A stretch of 64,000 nucleotides of DNA from Eledone cirrhosa. Its lineage: Eukaryota. The notes under the pieces were generated by a model. It saw nothing but the letters and a program-made list of their open reading frames with translations, was not told the origin of the DNA and searched no databases. The stretch spans positions 992,001 to 1,056,000 of the forward strand of contig OZ024745.1 in NCBI GenBank assembly GCA_964016885.1, written 5' to 3'. Positions within the stretch are counted from its first letter, which is position 1. Every line of letters starts with the position of its first letter. The position numbers and the translations under genes are program-made. Below are positions 47,330 through 62,200 of the stretch, piece by piece.

Positions 47330-50300
47330 AAACTAGATATACATAGTATTACAACATACAGGGATACAGTGTACCTATTCTAAACCAGATATACATGGTA
47401 TTACAACATACAGGGATACAGTGTACCTATTCTAAACTAGATATATATGGTCTTACAACATACAGGGATACAGTGTACCTATTCTAAACTAGATATACAT
47501 GGTATTATGACATACAGGGATACAGTGTACCTATTCTAAACTAGATATACATAGTATTACAACATACAGAGATACAGTGTACCTATTCTAAACTAGATAT
47601 ATATGGTCTTACAACATACAGGGATACAGTGTACCTATTCTAAACTAGATATACATGGTATTACAACATACAGAGATACAGTGTACCTATTCTAAACTAG
47701 ATATACATAGTATTACAACATACAGAGATACAGTGTACCTATTCTAAACTAGATATACATGGTATTACAACATACAGGGATACAGTGTACCTATTCTAAA
47801 CTAGATATACATGGTATTACAACATACAGGGATACAGTGTACCTATTCTAAACTAGATATACATGGTATTACAACACACAGGGATACAGTGTACCTATTC
47901 TAAACTAGATATACATGGTATTACAACATACAGGGATACAGTGTACCTATTGTAAACTAGATATACATGGTATTATGACATACAGGGACAGTGTACCTAT
48001 TCTAAATCAGATATACGTGGTATTACAACATACAGGGATTCAGTGTACCTATTGTAAACTAGATATACATGTTATTATGACATACAGGGATACAGTGTAC
48101 CTATTCTAAACTAGAAATACATGGTATAACAACATACAGGGATACAGTGTACCTATTCTAAACTAGATATACATGGTATTACAACATACAGGGATACAGT
48201 GTACCTATTCTAAACTAGATATACATGGTATTACAACACACAGGGATACAGTGTACCTATTCTAAACTAGATATACATGGTATTACAACATACAGGGATA
48301 CAGTGTACCTATTCTAAATTAGATATACATAGTATTACAACATACAGGGATACAGTGTACCTATTCTAAACTAGATATACATGGTATTACAACATACAGG
48401 GATACAGTGTACCTATTCTAAACTAGATATACATGGTATTACAACATACAGGGATAGAGTGTACCTATTCTAAACTAGATATACATGGTATTACAACATA
48501 CAGGGATACAGTGTACCTATTCTAAACTAGATATACATGATATTACAACATACAGGGATACAGTGTACCTATTCTAAACTAGATATATATGGTATTACAA
48601 CATACAGGGATAGAGTGTACCTATTCTAAACTAGATATACATGGTATTACAACATACAGGGATAGAGTGTACCTATTCTAAACTAGATATATATGGTATT
48701 ACAACATACAGGGATACAGTGTACCTATTCTCAACTAGATATATATGGTATTACAACATACAGGGATACATTGTACCAATTCTAAACTAGATATATATGG
48801 TATTACAACATACAGGGATACAGTGTACCTATTCTAAACTAGATATACATGGTATTACAACATACAGGGATAGAGTGTACCTATTCTAAACTAGATATAT
48901 ATGGTATTAGAACATACAGGGATACAGTGTACCTATTCTCAACTAGACATATATGGTATTATGACATACAGGGATACAGTGTACCTATTCTAAACTAGAT
49001 ATACATAGTATTACAACATACAGGGATACAGTGTACCTATTCTAAACTAGACATACATGGTATTATGACATACAGGGATACAGTGTACCTATTCTAAACT
49101 AGATATATATTGTCTTACAACATACAGGGATACAGTGTACCTATTCTAAACTAGATATACATGGTATTACAACATACAGGGATACAGTGTACCTATTCTA
49201 AACTAGATATACATAGTATTACAACATACAGAGATACAGTGTACCTATTCTAAACTAGATATATATTGTCTTACAACATACAGGGATACAGTGTACCTAT
49301 TCTAAACTAGATATACATGGTATTACAACATACAGGGATAGAGTGTACCTATTCTAAACTAGATATATATGGTATTATGACATACAGGGATACAGTGTAC
49401 CTATTGGAAACTAGATATATATGGTATTACAACATACAGTGTACCTATTGTAAACTAGATATACATGGTATTACAACATACAGGGATACAGTATACCTAT
49501 TCTAAACTAGATATACATGGTATTACAACATACAGGGATACAGTGTACCTATTCTAAACTTGATATATATGGTCTTATGACATACAGGGATACAGTGTAC
49601 CTATTCTAAACTAGATATACATAGTATTACAACATACAGGGATACAGTGTACCTATTCTAAACCAGATATACATGGTATTACAACATACAGGGATACAGT
49701 GTACCTATTCTAAACTAGATATATATGGTCTTACAACATACAGGGATACAGTGTACCTATTCTAAACTAGATATACATGGTATTATGACATACAGGGATA
49801 CAGTGTACCTATTCTAAACTAGATATACATAGTATTACAACATACAGAGATACAGTGTACCTATTCTAAACTAGATATATATGGTCTTACAACATACAGG
49901 GATACAGTGTACCTATTCTAAACTAGATATACATGGTATTACAACATACAGAGATACAGTGTACCTATTCTAAACTAGATATACATAGTATTACAACATA
50001 CAGAGATACAGTGTACCTATTCTAATCTAAATATACATGGTATTACAACATACAGGGATACAGTGTACCTATTCTAAACTAGATATACATGGTATTACAA
50101 CATACAGGGATACAGTGTACCTATTCTAAACTAGATATACATGGTATTACAACACACAGGGATACAGTGTACCTATTCTAAACTAGATATACATGGTATT
50201 ACAACATACAGGGATACAGTGTACCTATTGTAAACTAGATATACATGGTATTATGACATACAGGGACAGTGTACCTATTCTAAATCAGATATACGTGGTA

Positions 50301-53280
50301 TTTCAACATACAGGGATTCAGTGTACCTATTGTAAACTAGATATACATGTTATTATGACATACAGGGATACAGTGTACCTATTCTAAACTAGAAATACAT
50401 GGTATAACAACATACAGGGATACAGTGTACCTATTCTACACTAGATATACATGGTATTACAACATACAGGGATACAGTGTACCTATTCTAAACTAGATAT
50501 ACATGGTATTACAACACACAGGGATACAGTGTACCTATTCTAAACTAGATATACATGGTATTACAACATACAGGGATACAGTGTACCTATTCTAAATTAG
50601 ATATACATAGTATTACAACATACAGGGATACAGTGTACCTATTCTAAACTAGATATACATGGTATTACAACATACAGGGATACAGTGTACCTATTCTAAA
50701 CTAGATATACATGGTATTACAACATACAGGGATAGAGTGTACCTATTCTAAACTAGATATACATGGTATTACAACATACAGGGATACAGTGTACCTATTC
50801 TAAACTAGATATATATGGTATTACAACATACAGGGATAGAGTGTACCTATTCTAAACTAGATATACATGGTATTATAACATACAGGGATAGAGTGTACCT
50901 ATTCTAAACTAGATATATATGGTATTACAACATACAGGGATACAGTGTACCTATTCTCAACTATATATATGTGGTATTACAACATACAGGGATACATTGT
51001 ACCAATTCTAAACTAGATATATATGGTATTACAACATACAGGGATACAGTGTACCTATTCTAAACTAGATATACATGGTATTACAACATACAGGGATAGA
51101 GTGTACCTATTCTAAACTAGATATATATGGTATTAGAACATACAGGGATACAGTGTACCTATTCTCAACTAGACATATATGGTATTATGACATACAGGGA
51201 TACAGTGTACCTATTCTAAACTAGATATACATAGTATTACAACATACAGGGATACAGTGTACCTATTCTAAACCAGATATACATGGTATTACAACATACA
51301 GGGATACAGTGTACCTATTCTAAACTAGATATATATGGTCTTACAACATACAGGGATACAGTGTACCTATTCTAAACTAGATATACATGGTATTATGACA
51401 TACAGGGATACAGTGTACCTATTCTAAACTAGATATACATAGTATTACAACATACAGAGATACAGTGTACCTATTCTAAACTAGATATATATGGTCTTAC
51501 AACATACAGGGATACAGTGTACCTATTCTCAACTAGATATACATGGTATTACAACATACAGAGATACAGTGTACCTATTCTAAACTAGATATACATAGTA
51601 TTACAACATACAGAGATACAGTGTACCTATTCTAAACTAGATATACATGGTATTACAACATACAGGGATACAGTGTACCTATTCTAAACTAGATATACAT
51701 GGTATTACAACATACAGGGATACAGTGTACCTATTCTAAACTAGATATACATGGTATTACAACACACAGGGATACAGTGTACCTATTCTAAACTAGATAT
51801 ACATGGTATTACAACATACAGGGATACAGTGTACCTATTGTAAACTAGATATACATGGTATTATGACATACAGGGACAGTGTACCTATTCTAAATCAGAT
51901 ATACGTGGTATTACAACATACAGGGATTCAGTGTACCTATTGTAAACTAGATATACATGTTATTATGACATACAGGGATACAGTGTACCTATTCTAAACT
52001 AGAAATACATGGTATAACAACATACAGGGATACAGTGTACCTATTCTAAACTAGATATACATGGTATTACAACATACAGGGATACAGTGTACCTATTCTA
52101 AACTAGATATACATGGTATTACAACACACAGGGATACAGTGTACCTATTCTAAACTAGATATACATGGTATTACAACATACAGGGATACAGTGTACCTAT
52201 TCTAAATTAGATATACATAGTATTACAACATACAGGGATACAGTGTACCTATTCTAAACTAGATATACATGGTATTACAACATACAGGGATACAGTGTAC
52301 CTATTCTAAACTAGATATACATGGTATTACAACATACAGGGATAGAGTGTACCTATTCTAAACTAGATATACATGGTATTAAAACATACAGGGATACAGT
52401 GTACCTATTCTAAACTAGATATACATGATATTACAACATACAGGGATACAGTGTACCTATTCTAAACTAGATATATATGGTATTACAACATACAGGGATA
52501 GAGTGTACCTATTCTAAACTAGATATACATGGTATTACAACATACAGGGATAGAGTGTACCTATTCTAAACTAGATATATATGGTATTACAACATACAGG
52601 GATACAGTGTACCTATTCTCAACTAGATATATATGGTATTACAACATACAGGGATACATTGTACCAATTCTAAACTAGATATATATGGTATTACAACATA
52701 CAGGGATACAGTGTACCTATTCTAAACTAGATATACATGGTATTACAACATACAGGGATAGAGTGTACCTATTCTAAACTAGATATATATGGTATTAGAA
52801 CATACAGGGATACAGTGTACCTATTCTCAACTAGACATATATGGTATTATGACATACAGGGATACAGTGTATCTATTCTAAACTAGATATACATAGTATT
52901 ACAACATACAGGGATACAGTGTACCTATTCTAAACTAGACATACATGGTATTATGACATACAGGGATACAGTGTACCTATTCTAAACTAGATATATATTG
53001 TCTTACAACATACAGGGATACAGTGTACCTATTCTAAACTAAATATACATGGTATTACAACATACAGGGATACAGTGTACCTATTCTAAACTAGATATAC
53101 ATAGTATTACAACATACAGAGATACAGTGTACCTATTCTAAACTAGATATATATTGTCTTACAACATACAGGGATACAGTGTACCTATTCTAAACTAGAT
53201 ATACATGGTATTACAACATACAGGGATAGAGTGTACCTATTCTAAACTAGATATATATGGTATTATGACATACAGGGATA
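47330..53280 (+). repeat. Three related higher-order blocks at offsets +2278 (44 monomers minus 10 bp) and +1610 (31 monomers minus 2 bp)
   Basis: The same variant module produces the near-identical ORFs at 47915, 50193 and 51803. Downstream markers cattgtaccaat and tattagaac recur in each block. Confidence 0.82.
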
Positions 53281-56200
53281 CAGTGTACCTATTCTCAACT
53301 AGACATATATGGTATTATGACATACAGGGAAACAGTGTACCTATTCTAAACTAGATATACATAGTATTACAACATACAGGGATACCGTGTACCTATTCTA
53401 AACTAGATATACATAGTATTACAACATACAGGGATACAGTGTACCTATTCTAAACTAGATATACATGGTATTACAACATACAGAGATACAGTGTACCTAT
53501 TGTAAACTAGATATACATGGTATTACAACATACAGGGATACAGTGTACCTATTCTAAACTTGATATATATGGTATTAGAACATACAGGGATACAGTGTAC
53601 CTATTCTCAACTAGACATATATGGTATTATGACATACAGGGATACAGTGTACCTATTCTAAACTAGATATACATAGTATTACAACATACAGGGATACAGT
53701 GTACCTATTCTAAACTAGATATATATGGTATTACAACATACAGTGTACCTATTGTAAACTAGATATACATGGTATTACAACATACAGGGATACAGTGTAC
53801 CTATTCTAAACTTGATATATATGGTCTTATGACATACAGGGGTACAGTGTACCTATTCAAAACTAGATATATATCGTCTTACAATATACAGGGATACAGT
53901 GTACCTATTCTAAACTAGATATACATGGTATTACAACATACAGGGATACAGTGTACCTATTCTAAACTAGATATACATGGTATTACAACATACAGGGATA
54001 CAGTGTACCTATCCTAAACTAGATACATATGGTATTATGACATACAGGGATACGGTGTACCTATTCTAACCTAGATATACATGGTATTATGACATACAGG
54101 GATACAGTGTACCTATTCTAAACTAGATATACATAGTATTACAACATACAGAGATACAGTGTACCTATTCTAAACTAGATATATATGGTATTACAACATA
54201 CAGGGATACAGTGTACCTATTCTAAACTAGATATACATGGTATTATGACATACAGGGATACAGTGTACCTATTCTAAACTAGATATACATAGTATTACAA
54301 CATACAGAGATACAGTGTACCTATTCTAAACTAGATATATATGGTATTACAACATACAGGGATACAGTGTACCTATTCTAAACTTGATATATATGGTCTT
54401 ATGACATACAGGGGTACAGTGTACCTATTCTAAACTAGATATATATTGTCTTACAACATACAGGGATACATTGTACCTATTCTAAACTAGATATACATGG
54501 TATTACAACATACAGGGATACAGTGTACCTATTCTAAACTAGATATACATGGTATTACAACATACAGGGGTACAGTGTACCTATTCTAAACTAGATATAC
54601 ATGATATTACAACATGCAGGGATACAGTGTACCTATTCTAAACTAGATATACATAGTATTACAACATACAGAGATACAGTGTACCTATTCTAAACTAGAT
54701 ATACATGGTATTACAACATACAGGGATACAGTGTACCTATTCTAAACTAGATATATATTGTCTTACAACATACAGGAATAAAGTATACCTATTCTAAACT
54801 AGATATAGATGGTATTACAACATACAGAGATAGAGTGTACCTATTCTAAACTAGATATATATTGTCTTACAACATACAGGGATAAAGTGTACCTATTCTC
54901 AACTAGATATATATGGTATTACAACATGCAGGGATACAATGTACCTATTCTAAACTAGATATACATGGTATTATGACATACAGGGATACAGTGTACCTAT
55001 TCTAAACTAGATATACATAGTATTACAACATACAGAGATACAGTGTACCTATTCTAAACTCGATATACATGCTATTACAACATACAGGGATACAGTGTAC
55101 CTATTCTAAACTAGATATACATGGTATTACAAGATACAGGGATACATTGTACCTATTCTAAACTAGATATATATGGTATTACAACATACAGGGATACAGT
55201 GTACCTATTCTAAACTAGATATACATGGTATTACAACATACAGGGATAGAGTGTACCTATTCTAAACTAGATATATATGCTATTAGAACATACAGGGATA
55301 CAGTGTACCTATTCTAAACTAGACATACATGGTATTATGACATACAGGGATACAGTGTACCTATTCTAAACTAGATATACATAGTATTACAACATACAGG
55401 GATACAGTGTACCTATTCTAAACTAGATATACATGGTATTATAACATACAGAGATACAGTGTACCTATTGTAAACTAGATATACATGGTATTACAACATA
55501 CAGGGATACAGTGTACCTATTCTAAACTAGATATATATTGTCTTACAACATACAGGGATACAGTGTACCTATTCTAAACTAGATATACATGGTATTACAA
55601 CATACAGGGATACAGTGTACCTATTCTAAACTAGATATATATGGTATTATGACATACAGGGATACAGTGTACCTATTGTAAACTAGATATATATGGTATT
55701 ACAACATACAGTGTACCTATTGTAAACTAGATATACATGGTATTACAACATACAGGGATACAGTGTACCTATTCTAAACTAGATATATATGGTATTATGA
55801 CATACAGGGATACAGTGTACCTATTGTAAACTAGATATATATGGTATTACAACATACAGTGTACCTATTCTAAACTAGATATATATTGTCTTACAACATA
55901 CAGGGATACAGTGTACCTATTCTAAACTAGATATACATAGTATTACAACATACAGGAATACAGTGTACCTATTCTAAACCAGATATAAATGGTATTACAA
56001 CGTACAGGGATACAGTGTACCTATTCTAAACTAGATATACATGGTATTATGACATACAGGGATACAGTGTACCTATTCTAAACTAGATATACATAGTATT
56101 ACAACATACAGAGATACAGTGTACCTATTCTAAACTAGATATATATGGTCTTACAACATACTGGGATACATTGTACCTATTCTAAACTAGATATACATGG

Positions 56201-59200
56201 TATTACAACATACAGGGATACAGTGTACCTATTCTAAACTTGATATATATGGTCTTATGACATACAGGGGTACAGTGTACCTATTCTAAACTAGATATAT
56301 ATTGTCTTACAACATACAGGGATACAGTGTACCTATTCTAAACTAGATATACATGGTATTACAACATACAGGGACACAGTGTACCTATTCTAAACTAGAT
56401 ATACATGGTATTACAACATACAGGGATACAGTGTACCTATTCTAAACTAGATATACATGATATTACAACATACAGGGATACAGTGTACCTATTCTAAACT
56501 AGATATACATAGTATTACAACATACAGAGATACAGTGTACCTATTCTAAACTAGATATACATGGTATTACAACATACAGGGATACAGTGTACCTATTCTA
56601 AACTAGATATATATTGTCTTACAACATACAGGGATACAGTGTACCTATTCTAAACTAGATATACATGGTATTACAACATACAGGGATACAGTGTACCTAT
56701 GCTAAACTAGATATATATGGTATTATGACATACAGGGATACAGTGTACCTATTGTAAACTAGATATATATGGTATTACAACATACAGTGTACCTATTCTA
56801 AACCAGATATACATGGTCTTACAACATACAGGTATACAGTGTACCTATTCTAAACTAGATATACATGGTATTATGACATACACGGATACAGTGTACCTAT
56901 TCTAAACTAGATATACATAGTATTACAACATACAGAGATACAGTGTACCTGTTCTAAACTAGATATATATGGTCTTACAACATACAGGGATACAGCATAC
57001 CTATTCTAAACTAGATATACATGGTATTACAAAATACAGGGATACAGTGTTCCTATTCTAAACTAGATATACATGGTATTACAACACACAGGGATACAGT
57101 GTACCTATTCTAAACTAGATATACATGGTCTTACAACATACAGGGATACAGTGTACCTATTCTAAACCAGATATATATGGTATTACAACACACAGGGATA
57201 CAGTGTTCCTATTCTAAACTAGATATACATGGTATTACAACACACAGGGATACAGTGTACCTATTCTAAACTAGATATACATGGTCTTACAACATACAGG
57301 GATACAGTGTACCTATTCTAAACTAGATATATATTGTCTTACAACATACAGGGATACATTGTACCTATTCTAAACTAGATATACATGGTATTACAACATA
57401 CAGGGATACAGTGTACCTATTCTAAACTAGATATACATGGTATTACAACATACAGGGGTACAGTGTACCTATTCTAAACTAGATATACATGATATTACAA
57501 CATACAGGGATACAGTGTACCTATTCTAAACTAGATATACATAGTATTACAACATACAGAGATACAGTGTACCTATTCTAAACTAGATATACATGGTATT
57601 ACAACATACAGGGATACAGTGTACCTATTCTAAACTAGATATATATTGTCTTACAACATACAGGAATAAAGTATACCTATTCTAAACTAGATATAGATGG
57701 TATTACAACATACAGAGATAGAGTGTACCTATTCTAAACTAGATATATATTGTCTTACAACATACAGGGATAAAGTGTACCTATTCTCAACTAGATATAT
57801 ATGGTATTACAACATGCAGGGATACAGTGTACCTATTCTAAACTAGATATACATGGTATTATGACATACAGGGATACAGTGTACCTATTCTAAACTAGAT
57901 ATACATAGTATTACAACATACAGAGATACAGTGTACCTATTCTAAACTCGATATACATGCTATTACAACATACAGGGATACAGTGTACCTATTCTAAACT
58001 AGATATACATGGTATTACAAGATACAGGGATACATTGTACCTATTCTAAACTAGATATATATGGTATTACAACATACAGGGATACAGTGTACCTATTCTA
58101 AACTAGATATACATGGTATTACAACATACAGGGATAGAGTGTACCTATTCTAAACTAGATATATATGCTATTAGAACATACAGGGATACAGTGTACCTAT
58201 TCTAAACTAGACATACATGGTATTATGACATACAGGGATACAGTGTACCTATTCTAAACTAGATATACATAGTATTACAACATACAGGGATACAGTGTAC
58301 CTATTCTAAACTAGATATACATGGTATTATAACATACAGAGATACAGTGTACCTATTGTAAACTAGATATACATGGTATTATGACATACAGGGACAGTGT
58401 ACCTATTCTAAATCAGATATACGTGGTATTACAACATACAGGGATTCAGTGTACCTATTGTAAACTAGATATACATGTTATTATGACATACAGGGATACA
58501 GTGTACCTATTCTAAACTAGAAATACATGGTATAACAACATACAGGGATACAGTGTACCTATTCTAAACTAGATATACATGGTATTACAACATACAGGGA
58601 TACAGTGTACCTATTCTAAACTAGATATACATGGTATTACAACACACAGGGATACAGTGTACCTATTCTAAACTAGATATACATGGTATTACAACATACA
58701 GGGATACAGTGTACCTATTCTAAATTAGATATACATAGTATTACAACATACAGGGATACAGTGTACCTATTCTAAACTAGATATACATGGTATTACAACA
58801 TACAGGGATACAGTGTACCTATTCTAAACTAGATATACATGGTATTACAACATACAGGGATAGAGTGTACCTATTCTAAACTAGATATACATGGTATTAA
58901 AACATACAGGGATACAGTGTACCTATTCTAAACTAGATATACATGATATTACAACATACAGGGATACAGTGTACCTATTCTAAACTAGATATATATGGTA
59001 TTACAACATACAGGGATAGAGTGTACCTATTCTAAACTAGATATACATGGTATTACAACATACAGGGATAGAGTGTACCTATTCTAAACTAGATATATAT
59101 GGTATTACAACATACAGGGATACAGTGTACCTATTCTCAACTAGATATATATGGTATTACAACATACAGGGATACATTGTACCAATTCTAAACTAGATAT

Positions 59201-62200
59201 ATATGGTATTACAACATACAGGGATACAGTGTACCTATTCTAAACTAGATATACATGGTATTACAACATACAGGGATAGAGTGTACCTATTCTAAACTAG
59301 ATATACATAGTATTACAACATACAGAGATACAGTGTACCTATTCTAAACTAGATATATATTGTCTTACAACATACAGGGATACAGTGTACCTATTCTAAA
59401 CTAGATATACATGTTATTACAACATACAGGGATAGAGTGTACCTATTCTAAACTAGATATATATGGTATTATGACATACAGGGATACAGTGTACCTATTC
59501 TCAACTAGACATATATGGTATTATGACATACAGGGAAACAGTGTACCTATTCTAAACTAGATATACATAGTATTACAACATACAGGGATACCGTGTACCT
59601 ATTCTAAACTAGATATACATAGTATTACAACATACAGGGATACAGTGTACCTATTCTAAACTAGATATACATGGTATTACAACATACAGAGATACAGTGT
59701 ACCTATTGTAAACTAGATATACATGGTATTACAACATACAGGGATACAGTGTACCTATTCTAAACTTGATATATATGGTATTAGAACATACAGGGATACA
59801 GTGTACCTATTCTCAACTAGACATATATGGTATTATGACATACAGGGATACAGTGTACCTATTCTAAACTAGATATACATAGTATTACAACATACAGGGA
59901 TACAGTGTACCTATTCTAAACTAGATATATATGGTATTACAACATACAGTGTACCTATTGTAAACTAGATATACATGGTATTACAACATACAGGGATACA
60001 GTGTACCTATTCTAAACTTGATATATATGGTCTTATGACATACAGGGGTACAGTGTACCTATTCAAAACTAGATATATATCGTCTTACAATATACAGGGA
60101 TACAGTGTACCTATTCTAAACTAGATATACATGGTATTACAACATACAGGGATACAGTGTACCTATTCTAAACTAGATATACATGGTATTACAACATACA
60201 GGGATACAGTGTACCTATCCTAAACTAGATACATATGGTATTATGACATACAGGGATACGGTGTACCTATTCTAACCTAGATATACATGGTATTATGACA
60301 TACAGGGATACAGTGTACCTATTCTAAACTAGATATACATAGTATTACAACATACAGAGATACAGTGTACCTATTCTAAACTAGATATATATGGTATTAC
60401 AACATACAGGGATACAGTGTACCTATTCTAAACTAGATATACATGGTATTATGACATACAGGGATACAGTGTACCTATTCTAAACTAGATATACATAGTA
60501 TTACAACATACAGAGATACAGTGTACCTATTCTAAACTAGATATATATGGTATTACAACATACAGGGATACAGTGTACCTATTCTAAACTTGATATATAT
60601 GGTCTTATGACATACAGGGGTACAGTGTACCTATTCTAAACTAGATATATATTGTCTTACAACATACAGGGATACATTGTACCTATTCTAAACTAGATAT
60701 ACATGGTATTACAACATACAGGGATACAGTGTACCTATTCTAAACTAGATATACATGGTATTACAACATACAGGGGTACAGTGTACCTATTCTAAACTAG
60801 ATATACATGATATTACAACATGCAGGGATACAGTGTACCTATTCTAAACTAGATATACATAGTATTACAACATACAGAGATACAGTGTACCTATTCTAAA
60901 CTAGATATACATGGTATTACAACATACAGGGATACAGTGTACCTATTCTAAACTAGATATATATTGTCTTACAACATACAGGAATAAAGTATACCTATTC
61001 TAAACTAGATATAGATGGTATTACAACATACAGAGATAGAGTGTACCTATTCTAAACTAGATATATATTGTCTTACAACATACAGGGATAAAGTGTACCT
61101 ATTCTCAACTAGATATATATGGTATTACAACATGCAGGGATACAATGTACCTATTCTAAACTAGATATACATGGTATTATGACATACAGGGATACAGTGT
61201 ACCTATTCTAAACTAGATATACATAGTATTACAACATACAGAGATACAGTGTACCTATTCTAAACTCGATATACATGCTATTACAACATACAGGGATACA
61301 GTGTACCTATTCTAAACTAGATATACATGGTATTACAAGATACAGGGATACATTGTACCTATTCTAAACTAGATATATATGGTATTACAACATACAGGGA
61401 TACAGTGTACCTATTCTAAACTAGATATACATGGTATTACAACATACAGGGATAGAGTGTACCTATTCTAAACTAGATATATATGCTATTAGAACATACA
61501 GGGATACAGTGTACCTATTCTAAACTAGACATACATGGTATTATGACATACAGGGATACAGTGTACCTATTCTAAACTAGATATACATAGTATTACAACA
61601 TACAGGGATACAGTGTACCTATTCTAAACTAGATATACATGGTATTATAACATACAGAGATACAGTGTACCTATTGTAAACTAGATATACATGGTATTAC
61701 AACATACAGGGATACAGTGTACCTATTCTAAACTAGATATATATTGTCTTACAACATACAGGGATACAGTGTACCTATTCTAAACTAGATATACATGGTA
61801 TTACAACATACAGGGATACAGTGTACCTATTCTAAACTAGATATATATGGTATTATGACATACAGGGATACAGTGTACCTATTGTAAACTAGATATATAT
61901 GGTATTACAACATACAGTGTACCTATTGTAAACTAGATATACATGGTATTACAACATACAGGGATACAGTGTACCTATTCTAAACTAGATATATATGGTA
62001 TTATGACATACAGGGATACAGTGTACCTATTGTAAACTAGATATATATGGTATTACAACATACAGTGTACCTATTCTAAACTAGATATATATTGTCTTAC
62101 AACATACAGGGATACAGTGTACCTATTCTAAACTAGATATACATAGTATTACAACATACAGGAATACAGTGTACCTATTCTAAACCAGATATAAATGGTA

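Noticed and set aside
47915-48109. 64-aa ORF MVLQHTGIQCTYCKLDIHG... (near-identical copies at 50193-50387 and 51803-51997), including a CxxC-like CTYC
   Set aside because: It is a translation of about 4 satellite monomers. It exceeds the length cutoff only because a 2-bp deletion and a TAG>CAG variant bypass the usual stops. There is no gene context, and CTYC comes from the common ATTCT>ATTGT variant.
49317-49505. 62-aa ORF
   Set aside because: Same satellite-derived frames, opened by an attgga variant and the 8-bp deletion. There is no evidence of coding function.
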